Assembly: GCA_017608625.1 (NCBI GenBank)
Contig: JAFCFN010000002.1
Span: 28,099 to 92,098, forward strand
Direction: 5' to 3'
Origin: Candidatus Woesearchaeota archaeon
Lineage (GTDB): Archaea; Nanobdellota; Nanobdellia; Woesearchaeales; JAFCFN01
Length of the DNA: 64,000 nt
Positions 39,234 through 49,599 of this stretch are shown piece after piece (position 1 is the first letter of the stretch; every line of letters begins with the position of its first letter). Both the position numbers and the translations under genes were made by a program. The notes below the pieces were generated by a model that saw only the letters and a list, made by a program, of their open reading frames with translations, did not search any database and was not told where the DNA came from.

Positions 39234-41096
39234 TTATTTAGCACAAGTAATTTTTTTTAGAATCTGTTGTTTACCTCTCCAGTCTAAGGCCTGCTTAAGC
39301 ACTTGTTCTATTTTCTCAACAGGAATTACTTTTATTCTATTTAACTTTTCTTTGCTTAGTATTATATCATTCAGGTTTGCTTTAGGAACGATAACTCGCT
39401 TTATACCAGCTTCTATAGCTGCTTCTATTTTTGAGCTTACTCCTCCTACTGGTAAAACATCTCCCCTTACTGATAAGCTGCCAGTCATTGCTGTATCTTG
39501 CCTTATTGGAATTTTTTTTAGTGCAGATATTATTGATGTTGCAACTGCTATTGAAGCAGAGTCGCCTTCCACACCCTCATAAGTCTGTAAAAATTGTACA
39601 TACAAATCATATTTTTTAATATCCTGACCAAAGTATTTCTTTATTATTGCTGAGACATTCTTTACTGCTTCTTTTGCTATCTCTCCTAATTTTCCTGTTG
39701 CGATTATTTCTTTTTCTTTTCCACCCAAAGCAACCTGACTTTCTATTGGCAAGATTATTCCTGAGTATGTGTCTGCTCCACCTATAACAGCAAGACCATT
39801 AACTCTTCCTATTTTGTTTCCAGCTGTCATAATTACATCATATTCTTTTTTTCTTTCAATGTATTTATCAGCTATTTGTTGTTCAAGAGTTCTTGCTATT
39901 GTTTTTGCATTCATAACATGTTTTGCTAAAACCAGTTTTGATTTATCAGCTGCTGCCAGATCTCCTGCTGCTCTTACTAATCCTCCTAATTCTCTTAATC
40001 TTAAGGTTAAATGGCCTTTTCTGTTTGCTCTTTTTCTCGCTTCTTCTATTATAGCTAAAACAGCATCTTTAGTGAAATGAGGGATTTTTTTATCTTTAAT
40101 AACTTCTTGAGCAATGAACAAAGCAATTTTTTTCCTATTTTCTAGAGTGTCAGGCATTGTTTCATTCATATAAACTTCATAACCATAACCTCTTATTCTT
40201 GATCTTAAAGCAGGATGCATGTTTTTTATTGTTTCAACATTTCCAGCTGCAACTAGAATAAAATCGCAAGGAACTGGCTCAGTTCTTACCATTGCACCTG
40301 CTGACCTTTCTGATTGGCCAGTTATTGAGAATTGCTTTTCTTGTAAAGCTGTTAATAATTCCTGTTGTGTCATTGGATGTAAAGTGGCAATCTCGTCTAT
40401 GAACAAAACTCCTTTATTTGTTTTGTGAATCATTCCTGCAACAACCCTTTCATGAGCTGGTGTGCCTAATCCTCCTGATTGAAATGGATCATGTAATACA
40501 TCGCCTAGTAAAGCGCCAGCATGTGCTCCTGTTGCATCATAGAATGGTGCTTGTTTTTTTCCAAAATTATCTACTATTAATTTAGGAGCCAAAGTTCTGA
40601 TAGGCATCCTGGCACCTAGTTTAACAAATATAACATATGCTCCCAAAAATATCATTGAACCAATAAAAAATGCAGCAAACATTATGTCTGAGTTGTAGTG
40701 AGATCTTACCCACCAAGGAGCAATCATTGCTAGAATAACCAAGAAAAAAAAGAATATGTTAGAACCTTTTGTCATTCCTAATGCTTCATATCTTGCTTTT
40801 GCAACTATTTCTCTTCCTTTTCCAGCTGGAACAGTTTTTATTAAAGGAGCATTCTCATCATGAGGATTAGGATAAGCAAGAATATCAACTAACTTCTCTT
40901 TTGGCAAAAGTTCTGCTAATGCCATACCAAGCATGCTTTTACCAGTTCCTGGTTCACCTATTAATAGAACATGTCTTCTTTGTTTAGCTGCTTTTTTAAT
41001 TACATTAACTGCTTCATCCTGACCAATAACTTGGTCAACTATTTTTGAGCTTACTTTTAGTTCTGCTGTTGATTTAAAATCAAGGCCATCCCCCAT
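39234..41096 (-). CDS. lonB: Membrane-anchored archaeal Lon protease
   Basis: GEPGTGKS, TM insert, FIDEI and catalytic GDSAS motif. Confidence 0.96.
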   Translation of the reverse strand: MGDGLDFKSTAELKVSSKIVDQVIGQDEAVNVIKKAAKQRRHVLLIGEPGTGKSMLGMALAELLPKEKLVDILAYPNPHDENAPLIKTVPAGKGREIVAKARYEALGMTKGSNIFFFFLVILAMIAPWWVRSHYNSDIMFAAFFIGSMIFLGAYVIFVKLGARMPIRTLAPKLIVDNFGKKQAPFYDATGAHAGALLGDVLHDPFQSGGLGTPAHERVVAGMIHKTNKGVLFIDEIATLHPMTQQELLTALQEKQFSITGQSERSAGAMVRTEPVPCDFILVAAGNVETIKNMHPALRSRIRGYGYEVYMNETMPDTLENRKKIALFIAQEVIKDKKIPHFTKDAVLAIIEEARKRANRKGHLTLRLRELGGLVRAAGDLAAADKSKLVLAKHVMNAKTIARTLEQQIADKYIERKKEYDVIMTAGNKIGRVNGLAVIGGADTYSGIILPIESQVALGGKEKEIIATGKLGEIAKEAVKNVSAIIKKYFGQDIKKYDLYVQFLQTYEGVEGDSASIAVATSIISALKKIPIRQDTAMTGSLSVRGDVLPVGGVSSKIEAAIEAGIKRVIVPKANLNDIILSKEKLNRIKVIPVEKIEQVLKQALDWRGKQQILKKITCAK

Positions 41097-41150
41097 AATT
41101 CTTTAATTTAAAGGAAAGATATTTAAAAAGCTTGTGATTTTAAAAATAGA

Positions 41151-41492
41151 ATGAGAGAATTAACTCTTCTCAAAATTGCTCTCATTGTTTCTTTGTCAGG
41201 TTTGATTCTATTGTATTTCATGTCAGAAAATATAGAAATTGATGAAAGCTCTATTGAGAAGATTAACAAAGGTGAGATAGGTGAGGTTGTTAAAGTTAAA
41301 GGTGTTATTAAAAGTATTTCTAATGCTAAAGGAGTTACTTTCCTGACTATTGCAAAGCCTGAAGAAGTAAAGGTTATTTTGTTTGATGAGATTGATTTTG
41401 ATAAAGGCCAGTATGTAGAGATAGTTGGAGAGATTGGAGAGTATAATGGTGAGAGGGAAATTATTGGGAATGCTGTTAGAATTATAAGTTAA
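41151..41492 (+). CDS. Membrane-anchored OB-fold protein
   Basis: N-terminal TM, then VKVKGVI...VEIVGEIGEYNGEREII. Confidence 0.8.
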   Translation: MRELTLLKIALIVSLSGLILLYFMSENIEIDESSIEKINKGEIGEVVKVKGVIKSISNAKGVTFLTIAKPEEVKVILFDEIDFDKGQYVEIVGEIGEYNGEREIIGNAVRIIS

Positions 41493-41493
41493 A

Positions 41494-42705
41494 ATGTTCA
41501 GTCAGCTTTTGTTGGCTGTTTTGATTGGATGTTGTTTTGGCATAATAACTGGCCTTATACCAGGAATACATGTCAACTTGATTTCTGTTTTGTTAGTTAG
41601 TATTTCTGGATATTTGCTAGGATTTACTCAACCAATTGTCTTGGCTGTTTTCATTATTGCTTTAGCTGTTACACATACTTTTCTGGATTCTATACCAAGC
41701 ATATTTCTTGGAGCACCTGATGCTGATATGGCATTGAATGTTTTACCTGGGCATAGAATGTTATTAGAGGGAAAAGGTTATGAAGCTGTTAAATTAACTG
41801 TTATTGGATCTTTGTTAGCTTTGGTTTTGACTATTATAATAATTCCGTTTATGATTCCATTTGTTCCAAAAATTTATTTGAGTTTACAACATTATATGGG
41901 TTACATTTTAATTTCTGTGGTCTTGTTTATGGTTTTAAAAGAGAAGGGATTAAGCAAAAAATTGTGTGGTTTTTTTATTTTTATTATATCTGGAACATTA
42001 GGAGTAATTGTTTTGAATTGGCCTAATTTAAGACAACCTCTTTTTCCAATGTTGTCTGGTTTGTTTGGTATCTCTGCTTTAGTGCTTTCTTTAAGCCAGG
42101 ATGTTTCATTGCCTAAGCAAAGAGTTACTGAAAGCATTAAAGTTGGAAAATCTAGGGGGATAAAAGCAATATTAGCTGCTGTTTTTTCTGGTTCTCTTAC
42201 TGGAATTTTTCCTGGTTTAGGAGCTGCTCAAGCTGCAATTATTGCAATTCAAATAGTTGGGAATATCGGAATGTATGCATTTATGGTATTAATTGGAGGT
42301 ATTAATACTGTGAATTTTGTTTTTTCTTTAGTAACATTCTATACTTTAGAAAAGGCAAGAAATGGGGCTGTTGTTGCAATATTAGAAATACTGAAAACAA
42401 TAGATATTAATGGTTTGGTTATATTTTTAGGAGCTGCTTTGCTGGCAGGAGGAATTGCTACTTTTCTTGCTTTATTTTTTGCAAAATGTTTCTCAAATCT
42501 TATTAGTAAAATTAATTACAAATTACTAGTATTTTTTATTATTTTGTTTATAACAACTTTGACACTACTCTTTTCAGGACTCATTGGTTTTATTATTTTA
42601 TTAACATCATCAGCAATTGGTTTGACAGCACCCCTATGTAATGTTAAAAGAAGTCATGCAATGGGTTGTTTATTGCTGCCGGTTATATTATTTTTCCTGA
42701 TCTAA
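41494..42705 (+). CDS. TctA-like tripartite tricarboxylate transporter permease
   Basis: GLIPGIHVN, SIPSIFLGAP and LPGHRMLLEGKG motifs; many TM segments. Confidence 0.85.
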   Translation: MFSQLLLAVLIGCCFGIITGLIPGIHVNLISVLLVSISGYLLGFTQPIVLAVFIIALAVTHTFLDSIPSIFLGAPDADMALNVLPGHRMLLEGKGYEAVKLTVIGSLLALVLTIIIIPFMIPFVPKIYLSLQHYMGYILISVVLFMVLKEKGLSKKLCGFFIFIISGTLGVIVLNWPNLRQPLFPMLSGLFGISALVLSLSQDVSLPKQRVTESIKVGKSRGIKAILAAVFSGSLTGIFPGLGAAQAAIIAIQIVGNIGMYAFMVLIGGINTVNFVFSLVTFYTLEKARNGAVVAILEILKTIDINGLVIFLGAALLAGGIATFLALFFAKCFSNLISKINYKLLVFFIILFITTLTLLFSGLIGFIILLTSSAIGLTAPLCNVKRSHAMGCLLLPVILFFLI

Positions 42706-42790
42706 GTATATTATAATTATTATAATTTTTATAAATATTATATCTTATTATATTAATTATATTTATTATAATTTTTATAAATATTATAAC

Positions 42791-43069
42791 TTACCTATAT
42801 TTCTCGAATAGTTTCTCAATTCTATGACAATACTTAGCAGCTTTTTTTAACTCATAAAATGTCCTATCTTTTTCGATTTTTTTGTCACAAGTTGTTATAT
42901 CGATGTGAACTAAATATTGCTTTCTGTGTTCTTTTTCATCTAAACAAAGATATAGTAAAACGTTGCTCTCTCTAATTATTTCTTCTATTTTAGAGCAACC
43001 TGTTTTATCATCTCGTGTATAATTCATAATTTTATGTGGAGTGAAACATATTTTAGTATGCATCTTCAA
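42791..43069 (-). CDS. Hypothetical protein
   Basis: 92-aa ORF, ATGA-coupled to the upstream ORF. Confidence 0.5.
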   Translation of the reverse strand: MKMHTKICFTPHKIMNYTRDDKTGCSKIEEIIRESNVLLYLCLDEKEHRKQYLVHIDITTCDKKIEKDRTFYELKKAAKYCHRIEKLFEKYR

Positions 43070-43521
43070 TCAACTCCAATGTATTGTAAACCTTTCTTCA
43101 ATGGTTTGTATTCTTTTCTTAGAAAATTTTGAATGTATCTCAATGCTTCTTTTAAGTGCATTCTCTTAGCTACAGCATATTTTTCATTTGCATGTTCTTT
43201 TTGGATTAACAGTTCTCTTTCCCCTTTAATCTCCTTACCATCGTGTTTTAAATTATATCCTTTGTCTGCATGTTCTACAAAACCATCTCTAACTGCCATA
43301 TGAACTAACACTATTTTTGGAATATGGTTATATCTTTTAATTATAATCTCAAGATCTCCTTGACCATTACTTTTGTAGAAATATTTCAAAACATCACCGT
43401 TTTTACCATTTATTTTGGCTTCTGCAATTGGCCTCCAGCTACTTTGCTTTTCCATGACAGTATTCTGTCTACTCAAATCATATAGATTGATTGATTTTAA
43501 ACCATCAAGTTTTATTGACAT
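43066..43521 (-). CDS. Hypothetical protein
   Basis: 151-aa ORF; no family recognised. Confidence 0.55.
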   Translation of the reverse strand: MSIKLDGLKSINLYDLSRQNTVMEKQSSWRPIAEAKINGKNGDVLKYFYKSNGQGDLEIIIKRYNHIPKIVLVHMAVRDGFVEHADKGYNLKHDGKEIKGERELLIQKEHANEKYAVAKRMHLKEALRYIQNFLRKEYKPLKKGLQYIGVD

Positions 43522-43642
43522 TTTACTATCAATTAGTAATAATAATTACTAATATTTAAATCTTTCTATTTTGTTACTACTTGTTAGGGATGAAGATAGA
43601 AACGAGAAAACTATATAAAGGCACTATAATTTTTCCCTATTT

Positions 43643-43909
43643 ATGGATGGGATAATAGTAAATTTCAGAAGAAGTAGGCATAATCAGAAATGCTCTCACT
43701 TAATTATACAACCAGAAGGTATAGATAGCAAAGATAAGGCTAAAGATTTAGTTGGCAAAGAAGTAGTATGGCAGAATCCTATTGGAAAGAAAAAGGTTCA
43801 GATAAAGGGAAAAATAGTCAGTACTCATGGAAACAAAGGTTGTGTGAGGGTTATTTTTGAAAAAGGACTGCCTGGTCAAGCATTAGGTGGAAAAGTTAAG
43901 ATTATATAA
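43643..43909 (+). CDS. rpl35ae: 50S ribosomal protein L35Ae
   Basis: GIIVNFRRSRH and HGNKGCVRVIFEKGLPGQALG motifs. Confidence 0.94.
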   Translation: MDGIIVNFRRSRHNQKCSHLIIQPEGIDSKDKAKDLVGKEVVWQNPIGKKKVQIKGKIVSTHGNKGCVRVIFEKGLPGQALGGKVKII

Positions 43910-44156
43910 TGCTCTGCTATTTGCTGAAAGTAGTTCTTTGACTGTTTGTAATTATCTATGTTAACTGAAGATCTAAACAAAAGGTAATTCATAAGTTTAT
44001 TTCTATATACATACAAAGATGTCTATATATTTTTGTATACTATAAAAAGTTTAAAACTTTTTATGTACAGAAAATTATTTAATAATTTTCTCGTATCTAA
44101 AAGAGTATATAGAAATAAAAAGATTTAAATATATGTAAATATATTAACTTGTAAAT

Positions 44157-44309
44157 ATGGTCAATAAGAGGGTTACTCTTAGTTTGGATGCAAAAACCTA
44201 TGATGAATTCCAGCGTTATTGTAGGGAAAATGCTATCATGCTTTCAAAAAAGATTGAATTATGGATGAAAGAATTTTTAAAAGAAAGTAAAAAAGAGGGT
44301 AATAAATAA
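44157..44309 (+). CDS. Ribbon-helix-helix regulator (50 aa; not in ORF track)
   Basis: MVNKRVTLSLDAKTYDEFQRYCRENAIMLSKKIELWMKEFLKESKKEGNK has the RHH strand-helix-helix pattern; TAATG overlap with the next gene. Confidence 0.8.
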   Translation: MVNKRVTLSLDAKTYDEFQRYCRENAIMLSKKIELWMKEFLKESKKEGNK

Positions 44310-46111
44310 TGGTGCTACCTCAATTAATTCAAAATTGGTCTACAGATTATTGGCAAGTTATTAATTTTATTCTTTATTTTGCACTATTTGGCATTATCAT
44401 AAAAGAAGCATTGAAACATAGTCCTTTAAAAGATAGTGCTTCTAAATTAGGTGTTATTTTAGGGCTAATATTTGCAATTGCTTTAAGTTCTTTTGAATTT
44501 GTAAGGCGAGGAATAATAAGAATTCCTGGAATTAGCTTGCCAACTGTTTCTGGATATAGAGGAATAGTGTTTTCAGCAGGCAGTTTAGTTCCTTTTTTGA
44601 TGTTGATAATGTTTATAGTATTAACATATGGTGTAGGAAAATGGATTGGAGCAGGAAAGAAAAACTGGTGGCTTTGGCCTATTGCAGGAGTTATTGTTTT
44701 TATGGTGCTTGGCAATGTATCGCCTGATTTATCAGGGATGATTGGAGCAGGGATATATAACATACTGTTAACTTTTAGAAAGGTACTTGATCCTATAATT
44801 GACCTTGTATTTTTCGGTTTCTGTATTTGGTTGTTATGGATGCTTATCAAAAATATAAAGATGGGTCCTGTTGAAAGGGATATTCGCAAAAAGACGAAGG
44901 AAGAACGTGAACAAGAATGGATTCAAAAGAAAAGCATAAATAAAGAAAAAAGTGCTATAAAAAATCTTGAAAAAGGATTAAAAAATTTAAAAGATAAAAC
45001 TCAAGCAGAAGCATTAGAAACAATAAAAGATCTTCTTGGGAGGGTGCAATATGCAGAAACAACTGAAGAAGCAAAAAAATTGGCTGATGCAATGCTCTCT
45101 GAGATTTCCAGCAAGATAGACAAATCAAAACCTGACAGAAAGAGTACAATCGAAGTTCTAGAAGCATTGATAACTGAACTTAAAAAGATTAATGCCAGTG
45201 AAAGTGAAATAAATGTTAAATTATCAGATGTAGCAATTAAAAAAGTAGAGGATATAAAAAAGATTATTCCTGAAAAAAGCAGAGAGATAGAAGATTTGTT
45301 TACAAAACGAGTAGATAAGATATCTAAAAACGTGAAAGAATTAATTGATGGAAAAAATCAGCATTTACGAGCATTAGAACAAATCAAAGCTAAGATTGAG
45401 GGATTAAATATTCAGTTTAATACCAAAATTGACGAATTAAGAAGAAATATTGAAGGAAGAGATTATATTTCTGCGAGAAAAAGTTGTGAAGAGGCCATTA
45501 TTATTGAAGAACATCTTCAAAAAGCTTTAGACAGAGCTGTGGAAATCAGAGATAGTTATGTTAGATGGACTACCGAGCATGAAAAAAGATTAGATGTATT
45601 GATGGCCAATGAAGATGCCCTTTCTGAATATTTTAAAGACATAGAAGAAAAAATAAAAAAAGAACTTAAAATCAGAATAAAAGTGATCAAAAGGTTCTTA
45701 GATAAAATAAGGAATAATAAAAAAACTCATGAAAAAGGATGGAAAGAAGAACCAATTCATTATATGACTTATGTTGCTTTGGATAAAGAAGGATTTGGAA
45801 AAACTACAATGGAAAAGTATAATAAGTTTATCAAAAATATATGGGAACGTTACTTCAGTTCAAAATGGGATGCTGGAGAAAGGGGAAAGCTTGTAGAGAT
45901 TAGGGATATTCTCGATGAAGTTGATTCTTTCTATAATAAGATTGGCTGGCCCGTAATTGCCAGGATTAAAAGGTTAGTAGATGAAAGAAAACCTTTTGCA
46001 ATACGAAGTGAAAAAGAATATTTTGATAAAGAAGTGAGAGATCCGATAATAAAATTTTTTGACACTTGTGAAAGATTTTGCAAAATTGCAATTAAAAGTT
46101 ATAAAAAATAA
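44309..46111 (+). CDS. Hypothetical membrane protein with long cytoplasmic coiled coil
   Basis: About five TM segments in the first 180 aa, then about 400 aa of charged helix. Confidence 0.75.
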   Translation: MVLPQLIQNWSTDYWQVINFILYFALFGIIIKEALKHSPLKDSASKLGVILGLIFAIALSSFEFVRRGIIRIPGISLPTVSGYRGIVFSAGSLVPFLMLIMFIVLTYGVGKWIGAGKKNWWLWPIAGVIVFMVLGNVSPDLSGMIGAGIYNILLTFRKVLDPIIDLVFFGFCIWLLWMLIKNIKMGPVERDIRKKTKEEREQEWIQKKSINKEKSAIKNLEKGLKNLKDKTQAEALETIKDLLGRVQYAETTEEAKKLADAMLSEISSKIDKSKPDRKSTIEVLEALITELKKINASESEINVKLSDVAIKKVEDIKKIIPEKSREIEDLFTKRVDKISKNVKELIDGKNQHLRALEQIKAKIEGLNIQFNTKIDELRRNIEGRDYISARKSCEEAIIIEEHLQKALDRAVEIRDSYVRWTTEHEKRLDVLMANEDALSEYFKDIEEKIKKELKIRIKVIKRFLDKIRNNKKTHEKGWKEEPIHYMTYVALDKEGFGKTTMEKYNKFIKNIWERYFSSKWDAGERGKLVEIRDILDEVDSFYNKIGWPVIARIKRLVDERKPFAIRSEKEYFDKEVRDPIIKFFDTCERFCKIAIKSYKK

Positions 46112-46185
46112 ATGAAATCGAAAAGCTTATGAAGGATAACAATTTAAATTAACTAAGTTATGATCAAGATATAAGGTGATAAAAA

Positions 46186-47058
46186 ATGGTAAGTGTTTTC
46201 AAGTTTTGGCATTTGAAATCTGATAAAAAGTTAGCAAAGATGGATAAGAAGGCTGCTGGAGAGATAAGAAAATCAGAAAAACTAACAGGAAATATAAAAG
46301 ATAAGATAGCTAAAGATATTGCAAACGCAGATATCGATGCCGTTTATAAAGATATTCTAAGTTTCTTGAATAGTATAAGAGTAGAAGAACAAGATTTGAT
46401 AAGAATAGATAAAAATGCTCAAATACAAGAGTATGATTTATTGAAAAGAATAGAGGATGTTGAAAAACTCATAGAAAGAGTTTCTATCAAAGATAAGAGA
46501 ATAGAAGAGCAGCTTGAAGAAATCGTCAAACTCAAAGAAGAAATTCACAACTTAATAGCAAAAGCAAAAACAGATGCAAGAAGATTAAAAAGAGACAGAG
46601 AAACAATCTTGGTAAAATTAGCAGAGATTAAGTCAGGTACAAGAAGAGCAAAAAGAATAAGAAAATTAGAAAAATGGATAAGGAAAAACATTAAGAAAGA
46701 GATTCAAATTGAAAAGCTAATTGAAGATGCTGTTAAAAGTATAGAAAAAACAGCGGGTACAGAGGAGATGAAGAAGTACGTTGGTGACTTATATATCTTA
46801 ACAAAAAAATTTATTGAGGATGCTAGAAAAGAAGCTGAAGAGATTTATGAAATCGAATATAATGATGTCCTATTAAGTTTTGGGGTGCATAGAGAGATGG
46901 AATACTTACAAAAACTGTTTAAAGAATTAGAAGAAAAAGGCTTTCCTAGAGATAAAGAAAGAGAATTATGGAACTATTTCAAAAGAATAGAACAAGAATT
47001 AGAAGCTAGCGAAAGAGAACTCTATAAAATGGAGAAATATTTGGTGAGAAAAACTTAG
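46186..47058 (+). CDS. Hypothetical all-helical coiled-coil protein
   Basis: 290 aa, K/E/R/I/L-rich; GGTGA SD. Confidence 0.75.
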   Translation: MVSVFKFWHLKSDKKLAKMDKKAAGEIRKSEKLTGNIKDKIAKDIANADIDAVYKDILSFLNSIRVEEQDLIRIDKNAQIQEYDLLKRIEDVEKLIERVSIKDKRIEEQLEEIVKLKEEIHNLIAKAKTDARRLKRDRETILVKLAEIKSGTRRAKRIRKLEKWIRKNIKKEIQIEKLIEDAVKSIEKTAGTEEMKKYVGDLYILTKKFIEDARKEAEEIYEIEYNDVLLSFGVHREMEYLQKLFKELEEKGFPRDKERELWNYFKRIEQELEASERELYKMEKYLVRKT

Positions 47059-47092
47059 AATTTAACTTCCAACTTTTTCTTTTTTATTCTTC

Positions 47093-47506
47093 TTAAAATA
47101 AGAAAGAATCTAGAATTAAGAATATTCCTGCAAGTGTAAGTAAAATGTTACTTGGCATTGCCAACAAGATACTAGGCATTGTAAATGAGATTAATCCCAA
47201 TGTATTAAGTAGAGGTACTGCTCCGACAAATATCACCAATAAAGCAATTATCAGACTTATATATCCTATTGCTTCTGTAGATGTTCCTGCTATTTCCATG
47301 CAGCCAGATATAAACAACCATATGCCTCCAATAGTTAGTAAGATTGACAAAACGATTCCTGTAAGCGTAAATGGTAAATCAAATGCAATAACATTTAGGT
47401 TTTTTAGTAGAGGAATGATGCCAAAAGCGCCCATTATCAGACCGATAAGTAAAGTGAAGAAACTCTTTCCTCCTTCCCAATCTCCTTTTTTATTGATCAC
47501 AAGCAT
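47093..47506 (-). CDS. Hypothetical four-TM membrane protein
   Basis: 137-aa hydrophobic ORF; GGTGA SD. Confidence 0.7.
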   Translation of the reverse strand: MLVINKKGDWEGGKSFFTLLIGLIMGAFGIIPLLKNLNVIAFDLPFTLTGIVLSILLTIGGIWLFISGCMEIAGTSTEAIGYISLIIALLVIFVGAVPLLNTLGLISFTMPSILLAMPSNILLTLAGIFLILDSFLF

Positions 47507-47564
47507 AAAGTCACCTCTCTTAGTGTAATTAAACTAAAAGAGTATTTAAACTTTTTGAAAAACT

Positions 47565-47900
47565 TTAACAAGTAGAATGTAACACTGCATTAACTCTCTC
47601 TCCTTTTTTTCTTAACTCATTAAAAATCCTGCATGCTTCTTGGGTTTTTGCAATGATAAGTTTAATTCCTTGCTGTTTGATTTTTTCTTTTATGTCGTCG
47701 GAAACTTGTACTACACCAGAAGAGCCTGTGCCAATAACTATTATTTTTGGTTTTGTTTTTACAACAGGCTCTACATCTTCCCAACTCAATCCATGATCAT
47801 GCCAGATTTCTATTATATTATCAATAATTCTTATGTCTGAATCATACTCTTTTCCGTCGACAATAAAGTATCCAAAACGATATTCATCTATGTGCGGCAT
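47565..47900 (-). CDS. Mth938/DUF498 domain protein
   Basis: FGYFIVDGKEYDSD, IVIGTG, TQEACRIFN and LHSTC motifs; start placed at MPHID. Confidence 0.9.
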   Translation of the reverse strand: MPHIDEYRFGYFIVDGKEYDSDIRIIDNIIEIWHDHGLSWEDVEPVVKTKPKIIVIGTGSSGVVQVSDDIKEKIKQQGIKLIIAKTQEACRIFNELRKKGERVNAVLHSTC

Positions 47901-47997
47901 TTTAATTAATTGATTTTTGTAATTTAAATATTTTTTGTCGTTTGTTTCCCGACGGTGAAACAAAAGGTTTATATACTACAATAGATATCTTTAAAAC

Positions 47998-48705
47998 ATG
48001 GAACTAAAACTTTATAAAAAACCAAAAAAAGTTACAATAATCGAGGGTTTCCCTGGTTTCGGTCTGGTTGGAACAATTGCAACTGAATTCTTGATTAATC
48101 ATCTAAAAACAGAAATGATTGGAAGAGTTAAAGCAGAAGAGTTGCCTGCTTTAGCTGCTATTCATGGTGATAAAGTTGTTCAGCCCTTAGGAATTTTTTA
48201 TAACAAGCGATATAATTTGATAATACTGCATGCTATTACTTCTCCAACTGGTTTAGAGTGGAAGATAGCAGATATTCTGGAGAAACTTGCCTTAGAATTA
48301 GAAGCAAAAGAAATTATTAGTATAGAGGGTGTTGGTTCAACAGAACTTGGAAAATCAAGAACATTTTTTTATACAACTAATGAAAAGAGAAAAAGGTTAT
48401 TAAAAAAAATTGGACTAGCGCCGTTAGGAGAAGGAATAATTATAGGAGTAACAGGTGCTTTATTACTTAAAAGATTGAAAACACCTTTTTCTTGTATTTT
48501 AGCAGAAACACATACCTCTTTGCCTGATTCAAAAGCAGCTGCTGAAATAATAAAAGCTTTGGATGCTTATTTAGGTTTAAAAGTTGATTACAAACCTTTA
48601 ATTAAGATGGCTGCTGTTTTTGAGGATAAGATAAAGAGCTTAATAGAGAGGGCAAAAGCTGTTAGTGAAGAGCAGAAAAAGAAAAAATTGAGTTATTTAG
48701 GATAA
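47998..48705 (+). CDS. PAC2-family proteasome assembly chaperone
   Basis: EGFPGFGLVGTIA, IISIEG and LPDSKAAA motifs. Confidence 0.9.
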   Translation: MELKLYKKPKKVTIIEGFPGFGLVGTIATEFLINHLKTEMIGRVKAEELPALAAIHGDKVVQPLGIFYNKRYNLIILHAITSPTGLEWKIADILEKLALELEAKEIISIEGVGSTELGKSRTFFYTTNEKRKRLLKKIGLAPLGEGIIIGVTGALLLKRLKTPFSCILAETHTSLPDSKAAAEIIKALDAYLGLKVDYKPLIKMAAVFEDKIKSLIERAKAVSEEQKKKKLSYLG

Positions 48706-48763
48706 AAACGAAAAATTTAAATACGTTTATTCTTATATTATTTACTTCTAAAGAGGAGTTAAA

Positions 48764-49495
48764 ATGGACAAATTACATAATAAATACCTAAGTATCCTTA
48801 AAAAGGAAAAGAAAAAAGTAAATAAAGTTCCAGAAATCATTGAATTAGATAATAAAAAAGATAAAGAAATTATAAAATCTCATATTAAAGAGCACTTTTA
48901 TTATGCTGGTTCTGTTAAAAAAGATCATATTGATGAGTACTTAGATATTAAAAAGACAACAAAAGGTTATGATTGTAAAGTTTTGGTTGAGTGTCATAAT
49001 GGAAAAATAGACAAAAGCTTTTATTTTGAAGTCCATTCTACTGATGAAGAAAAAGCAAGAAATGTACTAGGAAGCTTAGAACCAGGAGAGGAGTTACATA
49101 TTCATATTAAAGGGAAGGATTATCAAGAAGTATCCAAAAAATTAAGTAAATATCTTCCAAAAGAGATTAAAGAAGAAGTAAGTGAGAACGGCTATTCCAA
49201 AGTAAAAGTCAAAATAACAAATAGAGCTGGATTGCATATAAGACCAGTAGGTATGCTTGTTCAAGAAGCAAATAAATATAATGCAGAGATCTATATAACA
49301 TATGAGGATTTGGATCAGAAAGTAGGAAGAAAAATAAATAACAATTATTATGCTGATGCTAAATCAGCTTTAGAGGTATTGCAACTAGGAGCAGGGTATG
49401 GAAAAACTTTAGAGATCATAGCTAAAGGTAAAGATAGTGAGAAAGCATTGAAATCACTTGAAAATCTTGTAAAATCAGGGTTTAATGAAAATTAA
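48764..49495 (+). CDS. Unknown N-terminal domain fused to an HPr phosphocarrier domain
   Basis: C-terminal ITNRAGLHIRP (His15 motif), DAKSALEVLQLG (Ser46 motif) and GKDSEKALKSL. Confidence 0.85.
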   Translation: MDKLHNKYLSILKKEKKKVNKVPEIIELDNKKDKEIIKSHIKEHFYYAGSVKKDHIDEYLDIKKTTKGYDCKVLVECHNGKIDKSFYFEVHSTDEEKARNVLGSLEPGEELHIHIKGKDYQEVSKKLSKYLPKEIKEEVSENGYSKVKVKITNRAGLHIRPVGMLVQEANKYNAEIYITYEDLDQKVGRKINNNYYADAKSALEVLQLGAGYGKTLEIIAKGKDSEKALKSLENLVKSGFNEN

Positions 49496-49548
49496 AAATT
49501 TTTAATTTTTGATTAAAAGTTTTATTTCTAGCAAAACTTATATATATT

Positions 49549-49576
49549 AGTTCGTATAATGAGTATTATACGCATA
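49549..49576. other. dif-like Xer recombination site
   Basis: AGTTCGTATAA-TGAGTA-TTATACGCATA: 11-6-11 layout, inner TAA/TTA arms, CGTATAA/TTATACG inverted repeat; 23 bp upstream of xerA. Confidence 0.75.
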
Positions 49577-49599
49577 AATAATATATAGTATTATCTAAA

